Counted from the first letter of the stretch, positions 1 through 13,500 are shown. The stretch is 64,000 nt of DNA from Malacoraja senta (GCA_038087875.1 CM075988.1:13456001-13520000), one strand, 5' to 3'. The notes: a model not told the origin generated them from the letters alone. Numbers and translations: made by a program.

Positions 1-224
1 AATGTAACACTTCCCTTTTCTCATCTTCCACCACATTCCACCTCCCTGCTTCACATCCCACTAACAACCCACTTTCCATCCTGTCTTGCCTTTACTCACC
101 CACCTCCTCTCATCTCCTCCCACTCTCTCGTGCTTAAACTGTTCCCAGTTTTATGCCCACTTTTGCCCTTCCTCTCCCTCCTCTCTCTACTTCACCCTCG
201 CTCACTTTCCTTGTTTCTTAAAGT

Positions 225-470
225 CATAAGTGATAGAAGTAGAATTAGACCATTCAGCCCATCAAGTCTACTCTGCCATTCAATCATGGCTGATCTATCT
301 CTCCCTCCTAAACCCATTCTCCTGCCTTCTCCCCATGACCTCTGACACCTGTACTAATCAAGAATCTATCTATCTCTGCCTTAAAAATATCCTCTGACTT
401 GGACTCCACACCCTTCAGTTGCAAAGAATTCCACAGATTCACCACTCTCTGACTAAAGAAATGTCTCATC
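225..470 (-). mobile_element. CR1-clade LINE 3' tail
   Basis: Reverse complement of 21420-21645; related tails at 4780-4975(+), 11280-11395(+), 13215-13450(-), 48505-48735(+), 52285-52405(-). Confidence 0.8.
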
Positions 471-834
471 TTCCTACATACTGTTTCCCACGTATAGACA
501 TCCGAATTAAGCCATAGGCAACTTACGTATACTCACACTTACATAAACAATTCTGTAAACAGCACCTAGTGTAATCAAGGCAGTTTGTTATTGCCGCAAC
601 ATTGTAAGATCACTGTGAGACACAAAATGCTGGAGTAACTCAGCGGGACTGGCAGCAAATACCACTTAACTTACAACTCGCGGGATGTGGGAGGAGCCCG
701 TAGCAGCTGGTGCAAAACCCAAGCGGCCACAAGGAGAACGTGCAAACTCCACACAGACAGAATCCGAGTTCAGGATCGAACACAGGTCCCTGGCGCGGTG
801 AGACCGCAGCTCCACCAACTGCGCCACTGTGTTA

Positions 835-1082
835 ATGTTCCCTCCCCCACCCCCAGTATCAATTCTACATTTTCCTTGACCCGCATCCCCTTTGATGTCT
901 CGTTCTCACGCCTTACACTTCCTTATCTCTGTGTCTTCCTCTCCCCTGACTCTCAGTCTGAAGAAGGGTCTCGACCCGAAACGTCGCCCATTCCTTCCCT
1001 CCAGAGATGCTGCCTGTTCCGATCAGTTAGTGCAGCATTTTGTGCCTATCTTTGGTGTAAACCAGCATCTCTGCAGTTCCAC
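835..1082 (+). mobile_element. Penelope 3' UTR/pLTR fragment
   Basis: CAGTCTGAAGAAGGGTCTCGACCCGAAACGTCGCCC...CAGCATCTCTGCAGTTCC; inverted arm at ~618-657. Confidence 0.8.
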
Positions 1083-1159
1083 ATAATTCCCAGACAAACA
1101 TTTTCAACTTTTGTCCAACTTTTCCTTGGGGCAACAAAAAAAACCCCATCCGAACTTTT

Positions 1160-1320
1160 CCGCGCCAATCAGCCGCTGTTACCTGGCCAATGAGGGGGCG
1201 AGCGCGCTGATTGGCGGATTGACTCGCTACATGACTGGGCCATTGTGTGCGGCAGCCAATGGGCGGCGGCCGGGGGGGGGGAGAGGGCGGGGCTGAGCCC
1301 GGGAGCCGGAAGCGCCGCTC
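1160..1320 (+). promoter_or_regulatory. CpG-rich TATA-less promoter of GLB1L2-like gene
   Basis: CCAAT boxes at 1165, 1187 and 1256, reverse ATTGG at 1210, GC box GGGCGGGG at 1285, ETS-like CCGGAAG at 1306; locally CpG-rich and immediately upstream of coding exon 1. Confidence 0.8.
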
Positions 1321-1392
1321 GCACTGAACTGGTGTGTTGCTGTTGCTGTTGCTGCACAGAGTTAGCGCTCCTCAACAACGCCGCTGGTCTCC

Positions 1393-1517
1393 ATGTTCAA
1401 GGTGTTCAAACAGAAGGGATCGGCGCCCATGCAGATCATTGCAGTGAGAAGAGAGCATGTGCGGAGGATTGGACTCCTGCTTCTGATTGCAGTGGCTCTG
1501 TTGTTGTACAGATTCAG
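1393..1517 (+). CDS. glb1l2: GLB1L2-like exon 1 (signal peptide/anchor)
   Basis: [41 protein letters not shown](R); donor CAG|GTACTG; phase 2 matches exon 2; second in-frame ATG at 1429. Confidence 0.8.
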
Positions 1518-4500
1518 GTACTGAGTGTGCAGGGCTGTCTAATGGTGGTGTCAGCCTCTGTTTATTTAACACACACACACACACAGACAAACAAACAGGC
1601 ACACACACACACTTCTTGCAAATCTTTTGTCGAGCACTCTCAAGAGGCTGCATGCACTCTCAAGAGGCTGCATGCACTCTTTTTGTAAATGTGCTTAGCC
1701 GGTAACATGCTCGTCTCAAGCTGCTTTGGAGTTGCAATGTACATAGGACGGCACCTTTCAGAATATAATCCCCCCACGACCCCCATGATATAATCTGGAT
1801 ACTTGGTTATAATTTATCGTTTGTGTTTGAAATGGCTGCCGTGAATAAAATATGTCTGCACTGGGCCGATTCATAATACTTGGCAGCAGCATTAAATAAA
1901 TCCAGACTTGTCATTTTGCAACTTGCTGTAGTAACGAGAGGCTGGGACCCAGTAGGTTGAAATTAGAGAACGGAGAGAGTTGCAATCGCACGAAATGACT
2001 GTACAGTGAAACTTACATGATTTGGAAAACTTAGCGGTTTGGTGTTGGATTGGCAGTTTTCAGGGTCATTGGACGTTATTTCTATTAATGCTCCCAAAAG
2101 ACACTTAAGACGTTGCACAGTTGTAATAAACATTTTAGTGAGTGCTGGAACTGGGCCCCTGGTGAGTGGAAAGAAGGTGCAACAAGCATTAATTAGTGAT
2201 CAAAACGTTGAATAATAGTACGATAGCGGATTATTAGAGTTTTGCAGTGTGTATAGATTGTGTGGAGCTGTAATTTACAGTGCCCTCCACAATGTTTGGG
2301 ACGAAGACCCATCATTTATTTACCTATGTGCTAGACAATTTGAGATTTATAATAGAAAAAAATCACATGTAGTTAAAGTGCACATTGTCAGATTTTATTA
2401 AAGGGTATTTTAATACATTTCCGTTTCACCATGTAGAAATGACAGCTGTGTTTATACATTGCCTCCACATTTCAGGGCACCACAATGTGTGGCACACAGG
2501 GCTTCACAGGGTGTTTGTAATTGCTCAGGTGTGTTTAAACGCCCCCTTAATGTAGGTATAAGACGTCTCTCAGTCCTAGTCTTTCCTCCATCACCTTTGG
2601 AAACTTTTATTGCTGTTTATCAACATGAGGACCAAAGTTGTGCCAATGAAAGTCAAATAAGCCACTATGAGTGAGAAACAAGAATAAAACTGTTAGAGGT
2701 ATCAGCCAAAGCTTAGGCTTACCAAAATTAACTGTTTGGAACATCATTAAGAAGAAAGAGAACACCAGTGAGATTACTAATCGCAAAGGCACTGGCAGAC
2801 CAAGAAAGACCTCCGCAGCTGATGACACAAGAATTCTCTCTATAATAAAGAAAAATCCCCAAACACCTGTCCGACAGATCAGAAACACTCTTCAGGAGTC
2901 AGGTGTCGATTTGTCAATGACACTGTCCGCAAAAGACTTCATGAACGGAAATACTGAGGCAACACTGCAAAATGCAAACCACTGGTTAGCTGCATAAATA
3001 GGATGGCCAGGTTACAGTTTGCCAAGAAGTACTTAAAAGAGCAACCACAGTTCTGGAAAAAGGTCTTGTGGACAGATGAGATGAAGAGTGATGGCAAGAG
3101 CAAAGTATGGAGGAGAGAAGGAACTGCCCAAGATCCAAAGCATACCACCTCATCTGTGAAACACGGTGGTGGGGTGTAATGGCCTGGGCATGTTTGGCTG
3201 CTGAAGGTACTGGCTCACTTATGTTCATTGATGATACAACTGCTGATGGTAGTAGCATAATGAATTCTGAAGTGTATAGACACATCCTATCTGCTCAAGT
3301 TCAAGCAAATGCCTCAAAACTCATTGGCCGGCAGTTCATTCTACAGCAAGACAATGATCCCAAACATACTGCTAAAGCATCAAAGGATTTTTACAAAGCT
3401 AAAAAATGGTCAAGTCTTAAGTGGCCAAGTCAATCACCTGAACTGAACCCAATTGAGCATGCCTTTTATATGCTGAAAAGAAAACTGAAGGGGACTAGTC
3501 CCCAAAACAAGCATAAGTTAAAAATGTCTGCAATACAGGCCTGGCAGAGCATCATCAGAGAAGACATCCAGCAACTGGTGATGTCCATGAATCACAGACT
3601 TCAAGCAGTCATTGCATGCAAAGGATATGCAACAAAATACTAAACATAACTACTTGCTGTGCTGTACTAACATGAAATGCTGTGTCCCAAACATTATGGT
3701 GCCCTGAAATGGTGGGGGGTGGGGGGGGGGGGGGGGGGACGGGACTAGACTAGACTATGTATAAACACTGCTGTCATTTCTACATGGTGAAACCAAAATG
3801 TATAAAAATACCCTTTATTAAAATCTGACAATGTGTGATTTTTTTTCTATTGCAAATCTCAAATTGTGGAGTACAAAGGCAAATAAATAAATGATGGGTC
3901 TTTGTCCCAAACGTTATGAAGGGCACTGTAAGATGCACAATGAAATTCAACAATACATCAGGGGAGGGAGGAGATATTGGTGAGGGTGGGAGGCACATTA
4001 GTGGCTCAGCATATTTTGTTACTACTGGGATATCAAATGACAATACAATGCAGACCTTGAAGAGACAATTCAATGTGCTGTCATTGGGAGTTAGAACATA
4101 GAACAGTACAACACAAGAACAGTCCCTTTGGCACATAATGTCTGTGCCAACCATGATGTTAAGACCATCTCTTATCTGCCCATATATTCTTCCATTCCTG
4201 GTATACCCAGAGCCTATACAAAAGTCTCCTGAATATCACTATAATATCTGCCTCAAACACCACCCCCTGCACTGCGTTCCAGCCATTTGCCAGCATCTGT
4301 TTAACAAAAAAACTGGTCATGAATATCTCCTTTAAACTTTTCTTTACTCGCCTTCAATCTAAGCCCTGTAGTATTTGATTTTTCAATCTTGGGTGGGTGG
4401 TGGGGTGGGGGGGGGGGGGGGGAGGTTCTGACTCTTTACCCTATCTATGCCTCTCATAATTTAAAAAAAATCTGTCGGGTGTCCTCACCACCATCGGTGT

Positions 4501-7500
4501 TCCAGAGAAAACAATCCAAGTCTGTCCAACCTCTCCCTGCGGTTATTAAAATAATTCAAGCTGAACGGGTTAATGTTCAAGGGAGCATACAGGATTGCAA
4601 CTAGCTGGCTGAGAATGTCCAGCAGTTTCACTTGGATCGTTCCAAGCAACAAACACCAGCAGGATGTGGATTCTGATGTCTGGAGAGTTATAGATCATGT
4701 GGGTGGAAATAGGTGAATCCCTTGACAGTCGGGCTCAGATGACCCCTTCACCAAGGCCCTATGTTGTGTTTGCATGCAGCCACAGAAGGCAGCGGAGGCC
4801 AATTCACTGGATGTTTTCAAGAGAGTTAGATTTAGCTCTTTGAGCTAACGGAATCATCAGAAAAAGCAGGAACGGGGTACTGATTCTGGATGATCAGCCA
4901 TGATCATATTGAATGGCGGTGCTGGCTCGAAGGGCCGAATCGCCTACTCCTGCACCTATTTTCTATGTCATGTTTCTTAAAAACTCAAGCACTTCAAGAC
5001 CAATAATGAAGCTTGCCTGAGCATTCCCTGAATCGGGTGGGATCGAGTGACTTGAAAGAGACCCCCTGCCAAAGAGCTGTGGCTTGTGTTGAGTTATAGA
5101 AGTTTAAAAATCAATGGCTATAGTAAAGCTGTGTGTGATGAAAGAAGAATCTGCACAATGGCATGATAGCAAGTGACAAGCATATTGCAAAAACTGGAAA
5201 TATGGTTGTCTTCATTCTTTAGATGAAGCAAAGCTTTAATTTTTTTGTGAACTTAAACTAGATGAAGTATTCTCATGAAGCAGGTTAAGTCATAAAGTCG
5301 AAATGCTGATCTTTGGAAAATGCTGGAGTTGTTTTCGGGGTAAGAGTGGCTCGTGATGTGAGGGATAGCAGGGAAAGTCAGTGTTTGGATGAGGCATTGA
5401 GAAAGTTTACTCCTTGTGCCCTGGCTAGGGGGTCACAGTTTGCATTACTGCATATAGAACATGCCAAAATACAGCACAGGAACAGAAGCAAACAATTGGA
5501 GGTCAGCCAACAATTGTGTTAATATCGAAGATAGGCATAAAATGCTGGAGTATCTCAGCAGGACAGGCAGCATCTCTGGAGAGAAGGAATGGGTGATGTT
5601 TCGTGTCGAGGCCCTTCTTCTGACTGATGTCAGGGCAGTGAGCAGGACAGAGATAGACTGTGGTCGGAGACAGTAAGGCTGGTGGGAGGGGGAGGGAGAG
5701 AGAGGGAAAACAAGGGCTAGTTAGAGAGGTCATTGTTCATAAAGCTGGGGTGTAAGCTACCCAAGTGAAATATGAGGAGCTGTTATTCCAATTTGTGCTA
5801 GGCCTTACTCTGACAATGGAGGAGGCCCAGGACAGAAAGGTCAGATTGGGAATGGAAGGGGGAGTTAAAGTGCTGAGCAACCGGGAGATCAGGTAGGTTA
5901 AGGCAGACTGAGCGGAGGTGTTCAGCGAAACGATCGCTGAGCCTGCGCTTGATCTCGCTAATGAACAGAAGTGAACACCTGGAACAGCGGATACAGTAGA
6001 TGAGGTTGGAGGAGGTGCAAGTGAACCTCTGCCTCACCTGAAAATACTGTCAGTGTCCTTGGATGGAGTCGAGGGGGGAGGTAAAGGGACAGGTGTTGCA
6101 TCTCCTGCGATTACAGGGTAAAGTACCTGGGCAGCGGGTGGTTTGGGTGGGAAGGGACGAGTTGACCAGGGAGTTGCGGAGGGAACGGTCTCTGCGGAAA
6201 GCAGAATGGGGTAGAGATAGGAAGATGTGGCTAGTAGTGGAATCCCGTTGGAGGTGGCGAAAGTATTGGAGGATTACATGAGACGGCTGATGGGGTGGAA
6301 GGTGAGGACAAGGGGGACTCTGTCCTCGTTGTGAATGGGGGGAGGGGGAAGCAAGAGCGGTGCTGCGGTATATCAAGGAGGCCCTAGTGAGAGCCTCATC
6401 TATAATGGAAGAGGGGAACCCCCATTTCCTAAAGTATGAGGACATCTCCAATGATCTAGTATGGAAAACCTCATCCTGGGCGTAGACGTAGGAATTGGGA
6501 ATAGGAGATAATCTTTACAGGACGCAGGGTGGGAAGAAGTATAGTCTGGATAGCAATGGGAGTCAGTAGGTTTGTAGTAGATGTCAGTCAATAGTCTGTC
6601 TCATGTGATGGAGATGGTGAGATCCAGAAACGGTAGGGAGATGTCAGATGGTTCAAGTGAATTTGAGTGCTGGATGGAAATTAGTTGTGAAGTTGATGAC
6701 GTCAGTGAGTTCTGCATGGATGCAGGAGTCAGTTGTTAATGTAGCGGAGGTAGAGTTCGGGGATAGGGCCAGTGTACACCTGGAACAGCGATTGTTCGAC
6801 GAACCCTACAAAGAGGCAGGCGTAGCTGGGGTCCATGCAAATGCCCATAGCTATGCCTTGGATTTGGAGGAAGTTGGAGAAGTCGAAGGAGAAGGTGTTG
6901 AGGGTAAGGACCAGCTCTGCTAGGTGGAGGAGAGTATTAGTTGATGGAAATTGGCTGGTTCTGCGATTGAGGAAGAACGGAGGGCTTTAAGACCTTCCTG
7001 GTGAGGGATGGATGTGCAGAGTGACTGGACATCCATGGTAAAGATGAGGGAGTGGGGGCCTGGAAAACGGAAGTCATTGAAGAGATGAAGAGCATGTGTG
7101 GTGTCTTGCACATAGGGAGGGATTGGACCAGGGGCTATAGGATGGTCGAGGTATGTGGAAATTATTTTGGTGGGACATGAACAAGCAGAAACAATGGGTC
7201 TGCCAGGATAGTTCTGTTCATGGATTTTGGGGAGAAGATAAAATCGGGCCGTGCAGGGCTGGGGAACGGTAAGGTTGGAGGCTTTCGAGGGCAGAGAGCT
7301 GGAAGTAATAAAATCAGAAACGGTGTGATATTAAGGTCTGGTGCTCATCTGTGGGGTCATGGTCCAACGATAAGTAGGAGGAGGTGTCTGAGAGTTGTTG
7401 TGGTCGTCTGGCGAAATGACCTCCACCGGTGGAGGTCAGCGCGCCAGACTACCGCGGCACCTCCCTTGTCAGCGGGTTTGTTTATTAAGTTGGGGTTGCT

Positions 7501-10500
7501 GCAGAGTGAGCGGAGGGCTGTACGCTCGGGGGGGGGGGGGGGAGTTGTGAGAGTAAGTAAGGGGAGTGGAGAAGTTGAGGAGGTTGATGTTCCGCCGGCA
7601 GTTGGAAATGAAAAGTTCTAAAGAAGGTAGAGGACCATCTGGAGGAGTCCAAGAGGAGGGGGTCCGGTGTAGATGGGAGAAGGGGTCATCACTGGGTGGT
7701 GAGGACTCCTTCCCATAGAAAAAGTTGCGGAGGCGACGGAAGAAGAGCTCTAAATTGTGGCAGACCCAGAACCCGTTGAGGTGGGGACGGAGGGGATAAA
7801 AGGTGAGGCCTCTGCTGAAGACAGACCGTTCTGTATCAGAAAGGGGGAGGTTAGAGGGGATGGTGAACACACGGCAAGGGTGGGGGTTGGGGTCAGAGTA
7901 AGGCAGCTGTAATTTCTACATGGTGAAACCAAAATGTATACAAATACCCTTTAATAAAATCTGACAATGTGCACTTTAAACTCGTGTGATTTTTTTTCGA
8001 ATACAAATCTCAAATTGTGGAGTATAGGGGCAAATAAATAGATGATGGGTCTTTGTCCCAAACATTATGGAGGGCATTGTATATGGATCACCTGCGAGCA
8101 GATGAGATTAATATATCTTGGCATTATATTCAGCATGGACATTGTGGGCTGAAGGGCCTATTCCTGTGATGTGCTTTTATACGTAGGAAGGAACTGCAGA
8201 TGCTGGTTTAAACCGAAGATACGCACACAAAGCTGGAGTAACTCAACGGGGCAGATAGCATCTCTAAAGAGTCTCGACCCAAAACGTTACCCATTCCTTC
8301 TCTCCACAGATGCTGCCTGTCCCGCTGAGTTACTCCAGATTTTTGTGTGTACTTTTGTATGTTCTATATCCAGTAATGCTCAATGAGACAGGTTACTGTG
8401 TACAATGCCCCAGATGTTAATGTGACCACAGTTCATCACAACAACAGCATTACCTCCAGGCTTTTTTGTTCGCTTTCCCCCTGGGAGTAATAAATATATT
8501 CTGTTAGCTTTCTTAATTACTTACACTATCTGCACACCAGTCTTCTCTGAATCACGCACTAGGTCACCCAGTTCCCTCTGCATCTGGGAACTCTGTAGTC
8601 TCAATATTCAGATCGATGTGGTGTGGGGGGGGGTACTGCCAAAATGGATAATTCCACATGTTCTCATGTTGTACAAATTTGTTGAGACGTTGCCCAGCAT
8701 TTTAGATATTTTAGATAAAACAATCCAAGTCTGTCCAACCTCTCTGTCTGAAGAAGGGTCTAGACCCGAAAGTCACCCATTCCTTCTCTCAAGAGATGCT
8801 GCCTGTCCCGCTGAGTTACTCCAGCTTTCTGTGTCTTTCTTCGGATTAAAGCAGCATCTGCAGTTCCTTCTTACACAACCTCTCCCTGGAGTTATTAGAA
8901 GAACTTAAGCAAAACAGGTTGATCTTCAAGGGAGCATGCAACTAGTTGGCTGAGAATGTCCAGCAGTTTCACGTGGATCATTCTGAGATCCAAGCAACAA
9001 ACACCAGCAGGATGTGGATTCTAACGTCAGTAGTTATGGATCATGTGGGTTGGAAAAGGTGGACTTTTTTAGTTAAGTGATGCAGTGTGGTAACAGGCCC
9101 TTCGGCCCACCGAGCCAGTGCCGTACACTATCCCACATACTGGAGACAATTTACAATCTTTACCAAAGCCAATTAACCTACGAAACAGTATGTCTTTGGA
9201 GTATGGGAGGAATCCGGAGCACCCGGAGAAAACCCATGCGGTCACTGGGAGAACGTACGAACTCAGTGCTAACAGCACCCATAGTCAGGATCGAACTCGG
9301 GTCTCTGGTGCTGTAAGGCAGCAACTCTACCGCTGCCCCACCGTGTCGTCACGGGTGTAGCTAATTCTGGAACAGCAGTTTTGAGTTCCGCAGACTGGAT
9401 GCTACCTGGTCTTTTGGCCATTGGTGTAGCCATTGCTTTCAATTGGCACTTGATACCTTTTGGAAATTGGCTTAAGACTGGCTTCTGTGATGTTAAGGAT
9501 TTCGCGAAATGGGAGATGGATCAGCTGCTTGGCACTTCAAGTGCTTCAACTTTGTCTTCTGTGCTCTCCTCTGACCTGGCTGCTGATCTTAAAGCTGTCA
9601 ACTGTTGTCTGGTTAAATGTGTGGCAAGTGTGCGGAGCTTTGATCTGAACCCTGGCTGTGGGATCACTTGGCTTTGGCAATTGCATGCTTGTTACTAAGC
9701 AGTCTTCCATTGCAGTTTCATCCGATTGAAACCACATTTTTAGCTTTGTCTAGTGATGTACCTGCCATACTCTTCTGCATTCCTCTTTCAAACCAGGGTT
9801 CAACTCCAGGTGTGAAAGTAATGATAGAGTGAGAGATATTGCCAGGACATGTGTTACATGTATTCTGGTGTCCTGCTGCTCATGGTCCACAGCGCCTCAC
9901 TGATGCCCAGTTTTATACTGTGGATGCAACAAACTGCAGAGGCTGGTTTACCATAAAAGACACAATGCTGAAATATCTGAGTTGATCAGGTAGCATCTCT
10001 GGAGAATATGACTGGGTGGCGTTTTTGATCGGAACCCTTCTTCAGTACCAAGTCATTCAATACTGCTTTCTTCCTAGACACTGATTAAACCAGTTCAAGA
10101 GTCTGAAGAAAGAGACTGATCAGCAAGGTCTCCTATTCATATTCTCCTGAGATGTTTTCCCATTCCGATGAATTACTCCAGCAATTTGTCTTTATTTTTC
10201 CCATTTTTATACCACGTGATTTGACTTTTCTCGCAGTTAACCGTTTGCAATGAGGCTCTGATAATTGTACACTTGGAACTTTGATGCTCGACAGACAGTC
10301 AGGCAGATTTGTTCATTTGGTTAGATTAGAGATACAACGGTGGAAACAGGCCCTTCGGCCCACTGTCTCAACCAACCAACGATCACCCGTTCTATGTTGT
10401 CCCAGTTTTGCATCCTACACATGAGGGGCAATTTATAGAAGTCAGTCAACCTATAAACCTGAACGTCTTTGGGATGTGGGAGGAAATCGGAGCAGCTGGA

Positions 10501-13500
10501 GAAAACCCAGACGGTCACAGAGAGAATGTACAAACTTTGTACAGACAGCAACCTAAGTCAAGATTGGACCCAGGTCTGTTGTGCGGCGAGGCAGCAACTC
10601 TACCGCTGCGCCACAGTGTCACCCCGCCCGTCACTGCCACCCCGCTAAACCAGATTAATCAGGGCTGGACCAGTTTATTCAGAGTTTTACTGTGTTGCCA
10701 TAGAACATCACGGATGATGTGTGAACACTGGACATTCTTGGTCGCCTCTTCTAAAGTAGATGGATGAGGACTCGTCCAATTATTCATCATGTTGGTTCCA
10801 ACCCTTCCTTTTACAGATCTAATCTAGCTGATTTACCCTTCGTAACCTCACCAGCTTGTTCTGTGGTGGTACTGTCAAATCACTGTAGATGAGTCAAAAC
10901 ACAGGGTATAAAACTGGGAACAATAATGACAAAGTGCTGCAGTAATTCATCGGATCAGGCAACATCTCAGGAGGATATGAATAAGTGACGTTGCTGATCA
11001 GGACCCTTCTTCAGACTTTTGAACTGGTTTAGTCAATGTCTAGGAAGAGAGCAGTATTGGATGACTTGGTACTGAAGAAGGGTGCCGATCCGAAACATCA
11101 CTTAGTCACATTGAAGAGTCTCACTCAAAGTATATTGGGTGCTCTTGCTATTTTCATTGTGGTGGAGCATTGGCTTATCATCTAAGGCTGATGGTAATGA
11201 GGAGGCTTCTATACTATATTTGATCTGATGGCATGTGACTTCACGGGGTCCGGCATGGGTGTCAAAGACTCTCAGGTCAACTTATGGGGAGAAGGCAGGA
11301 GAATAGGGTTAGGAGGGAGAGATAGATCGGCTATGATTGAATGGCGGAGTAGACTTGATGGGCCGAATGGCCTATTTCTAGTATTCCTTATGACCTTTTC
11401 ACTCTTTCCTTCCTGGTTGCTGTTCGCTCTGGTTTTTCTGTTCTACCGATGAGACTCGATGCAATTGGGAATTATGATGGCGAGTCTGGTAACTTACTAA
11501 CAGAATCGTATCACACCATTTGAACAGGTACAGGATAGGAAAAATATTTAGTTTAGTTTTATTATTATTATTATTGTTGTCATGTTTACCGAGGTACGAT
11601 AAAGGTTTATTCTGTGGCATGCTATTGTGTCAGCGAAAATACTATGCATGATTACAATGTACACAGATACAGAATAATAGGTTAGGGTAGACGAAATGTT
11701 TAAGAAAGAACTGCAGATGCTGGAAAAATCAAAGGTAGATACAAATGTTGGAGAAACTCAGCGGGTGAAGCAGCATCTATGCAGCGAAGGAATAGGCGAC
11801 GTTTCGGGTCGAGACCCTTCTTCAGACTATTCCTTCGCTCCATAGATGCTGCCTCACCCGCTGAGTTTTCCAGCATTTTTGTCGACCCAGAATAATAGGT
11901 ACAATGTTTAGTGCAAGGTAAAGCATGATTAAAGATGCTTTGAAGGGCTCCAATGAGGTAGATGGGAGGTCAGGAATACTCTATAGTTGGTGACATGGCG
12001 GTTCAGATCCCTGGTAACATCTGGGAAGAAATTGGTGCTGAATCTGGAGGTATGCATTTTCAAACTTTTGTACCTCTTGCCTGATGGGAGAGGGGAGAAG
12101 ACGGAGTGACTGGGGTGAGACTGGTTCTTGATTATGCTAGTGGCCTTGCCAAGGTAGCGTGAAGATCAGGTCTGAAGAAGGGTCTCGACCAGAAACGTCA
12201 CCTTTCGGGTCGAGACCCTTCCTCAGTCTGATGTCGGAGTGCGCAGCACAGAGATAAAATGTAGTTGGAGACAGTAAGACTGGTCGGAGAACTGGGAAAT
12301 GGGAGGGGATGGAGAGAGAGAGAGAGAGAGAGGGAAAGCAAGGGCTACTTGAAGTTAGAGAAGTCAATGTTCATACCACTGGGATGTAAGCTACCCAAGC
12401 GAAATATGAGATGCTGTTCCTCCAATTTGCGCTTGGCCTCACTCTGACAACGGAGGAGGCCCAGGACAGAAAGGTCAGTGTGGGAATGGGAGTTAAAGTG
12501 TTTGATCAGTGGCTGCTGGTTTAGGATCATTTGCCGGGACTACCTGTGATTTTTCACTGAGTTGGGTCCCCAGCCACCAGTGACTGCAAAAGCATTTAAT
12601 TGTTTTTACATTCTCAATCGCAACCATTTAATACCCAACATCCTGGAATGGTATAGTAGCTGACGTCAATTAATAATCCTGAGAATAAGGAATGATGTTT
12701 GAGTTGTTTGCTAATTGGACTAAAGTGTGAAGCCTGCTCCCATGTCAGAGACTGGATGTGTGGCAAGCCTAACATTCTGGGGGTGTCATCTGGAGCACAA
12801 TAAACATCCTTGATCCTGGACAAGTGGAGATTGATGTGATTCCCTCCAGCTGTTTATTTTTTATAATGCCAGGGAAACATGTTTATGAGGTAGTATTTCA
12901 TATGGAGCAGCATAGGAGGAGGTGACCCATTAGTCCAGGTCAGGACATCCTGGAGCAAGCTAGTCAGCCCTACATCCTTCAAGTCCTCTAATTACTTTTG
13001 TTTAAGAACTTCTAATTTAAATGGTGCATTTCCTGAAGGCTTAGAACTTTCCAAAGTGAGCATTGAAATGAAATTGAGAATGGAACAAGCAGTTGAATAT
13101 GCAGAGTGCCTCCGCAAGGTGACATTGAGCAGGTGATCTACTTGAGGATGTTGGTGAAGGGCCATGAGCTTGTCACTCAGTGAGCAACTGGTGTGTCACC
13201 CGACTGTCTCTATTCATAAGCTCTAGGAGCAGAATTAGGCCATTCGGCCCATCAAGTCTATTCTGTCATTCAATCATGGATGATCTATCATTTCCCTCTC
13301 AACTCCATTCTCCTGCCTTCTCCCCGTGACCCCTGACACCCTTGCATATCAAGAATCTGTCAATCTCCACCATTCAAATATCCATTGACTTGACCTCCGT
13401 AGCCGTCTGTGGCAATGAATTCCACAGATTCATCGCCCTCTGACTAAAGAAATCCATCTATATTCATGGACATTATACACCAGATGTTTAGTCCTGCAAA

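Noticed and set aside
1..215. Pyrimidine-rich 71-aa ORF region
   Set aside because: Low-complexity C/T tract joined to a CR1 tail.
1245..1688. 147-aa ORF with poly-Cys
   Set aside because: Product of a (TGTTGC)n microsatellite in the 5' UTR, off-frame to exon 1 and running into the intron.
3107..3643. Functional or domesticated transposase
   Set aside because: N-terminal half has stops and frameshifts; the first catalytic Asp is out of frame.
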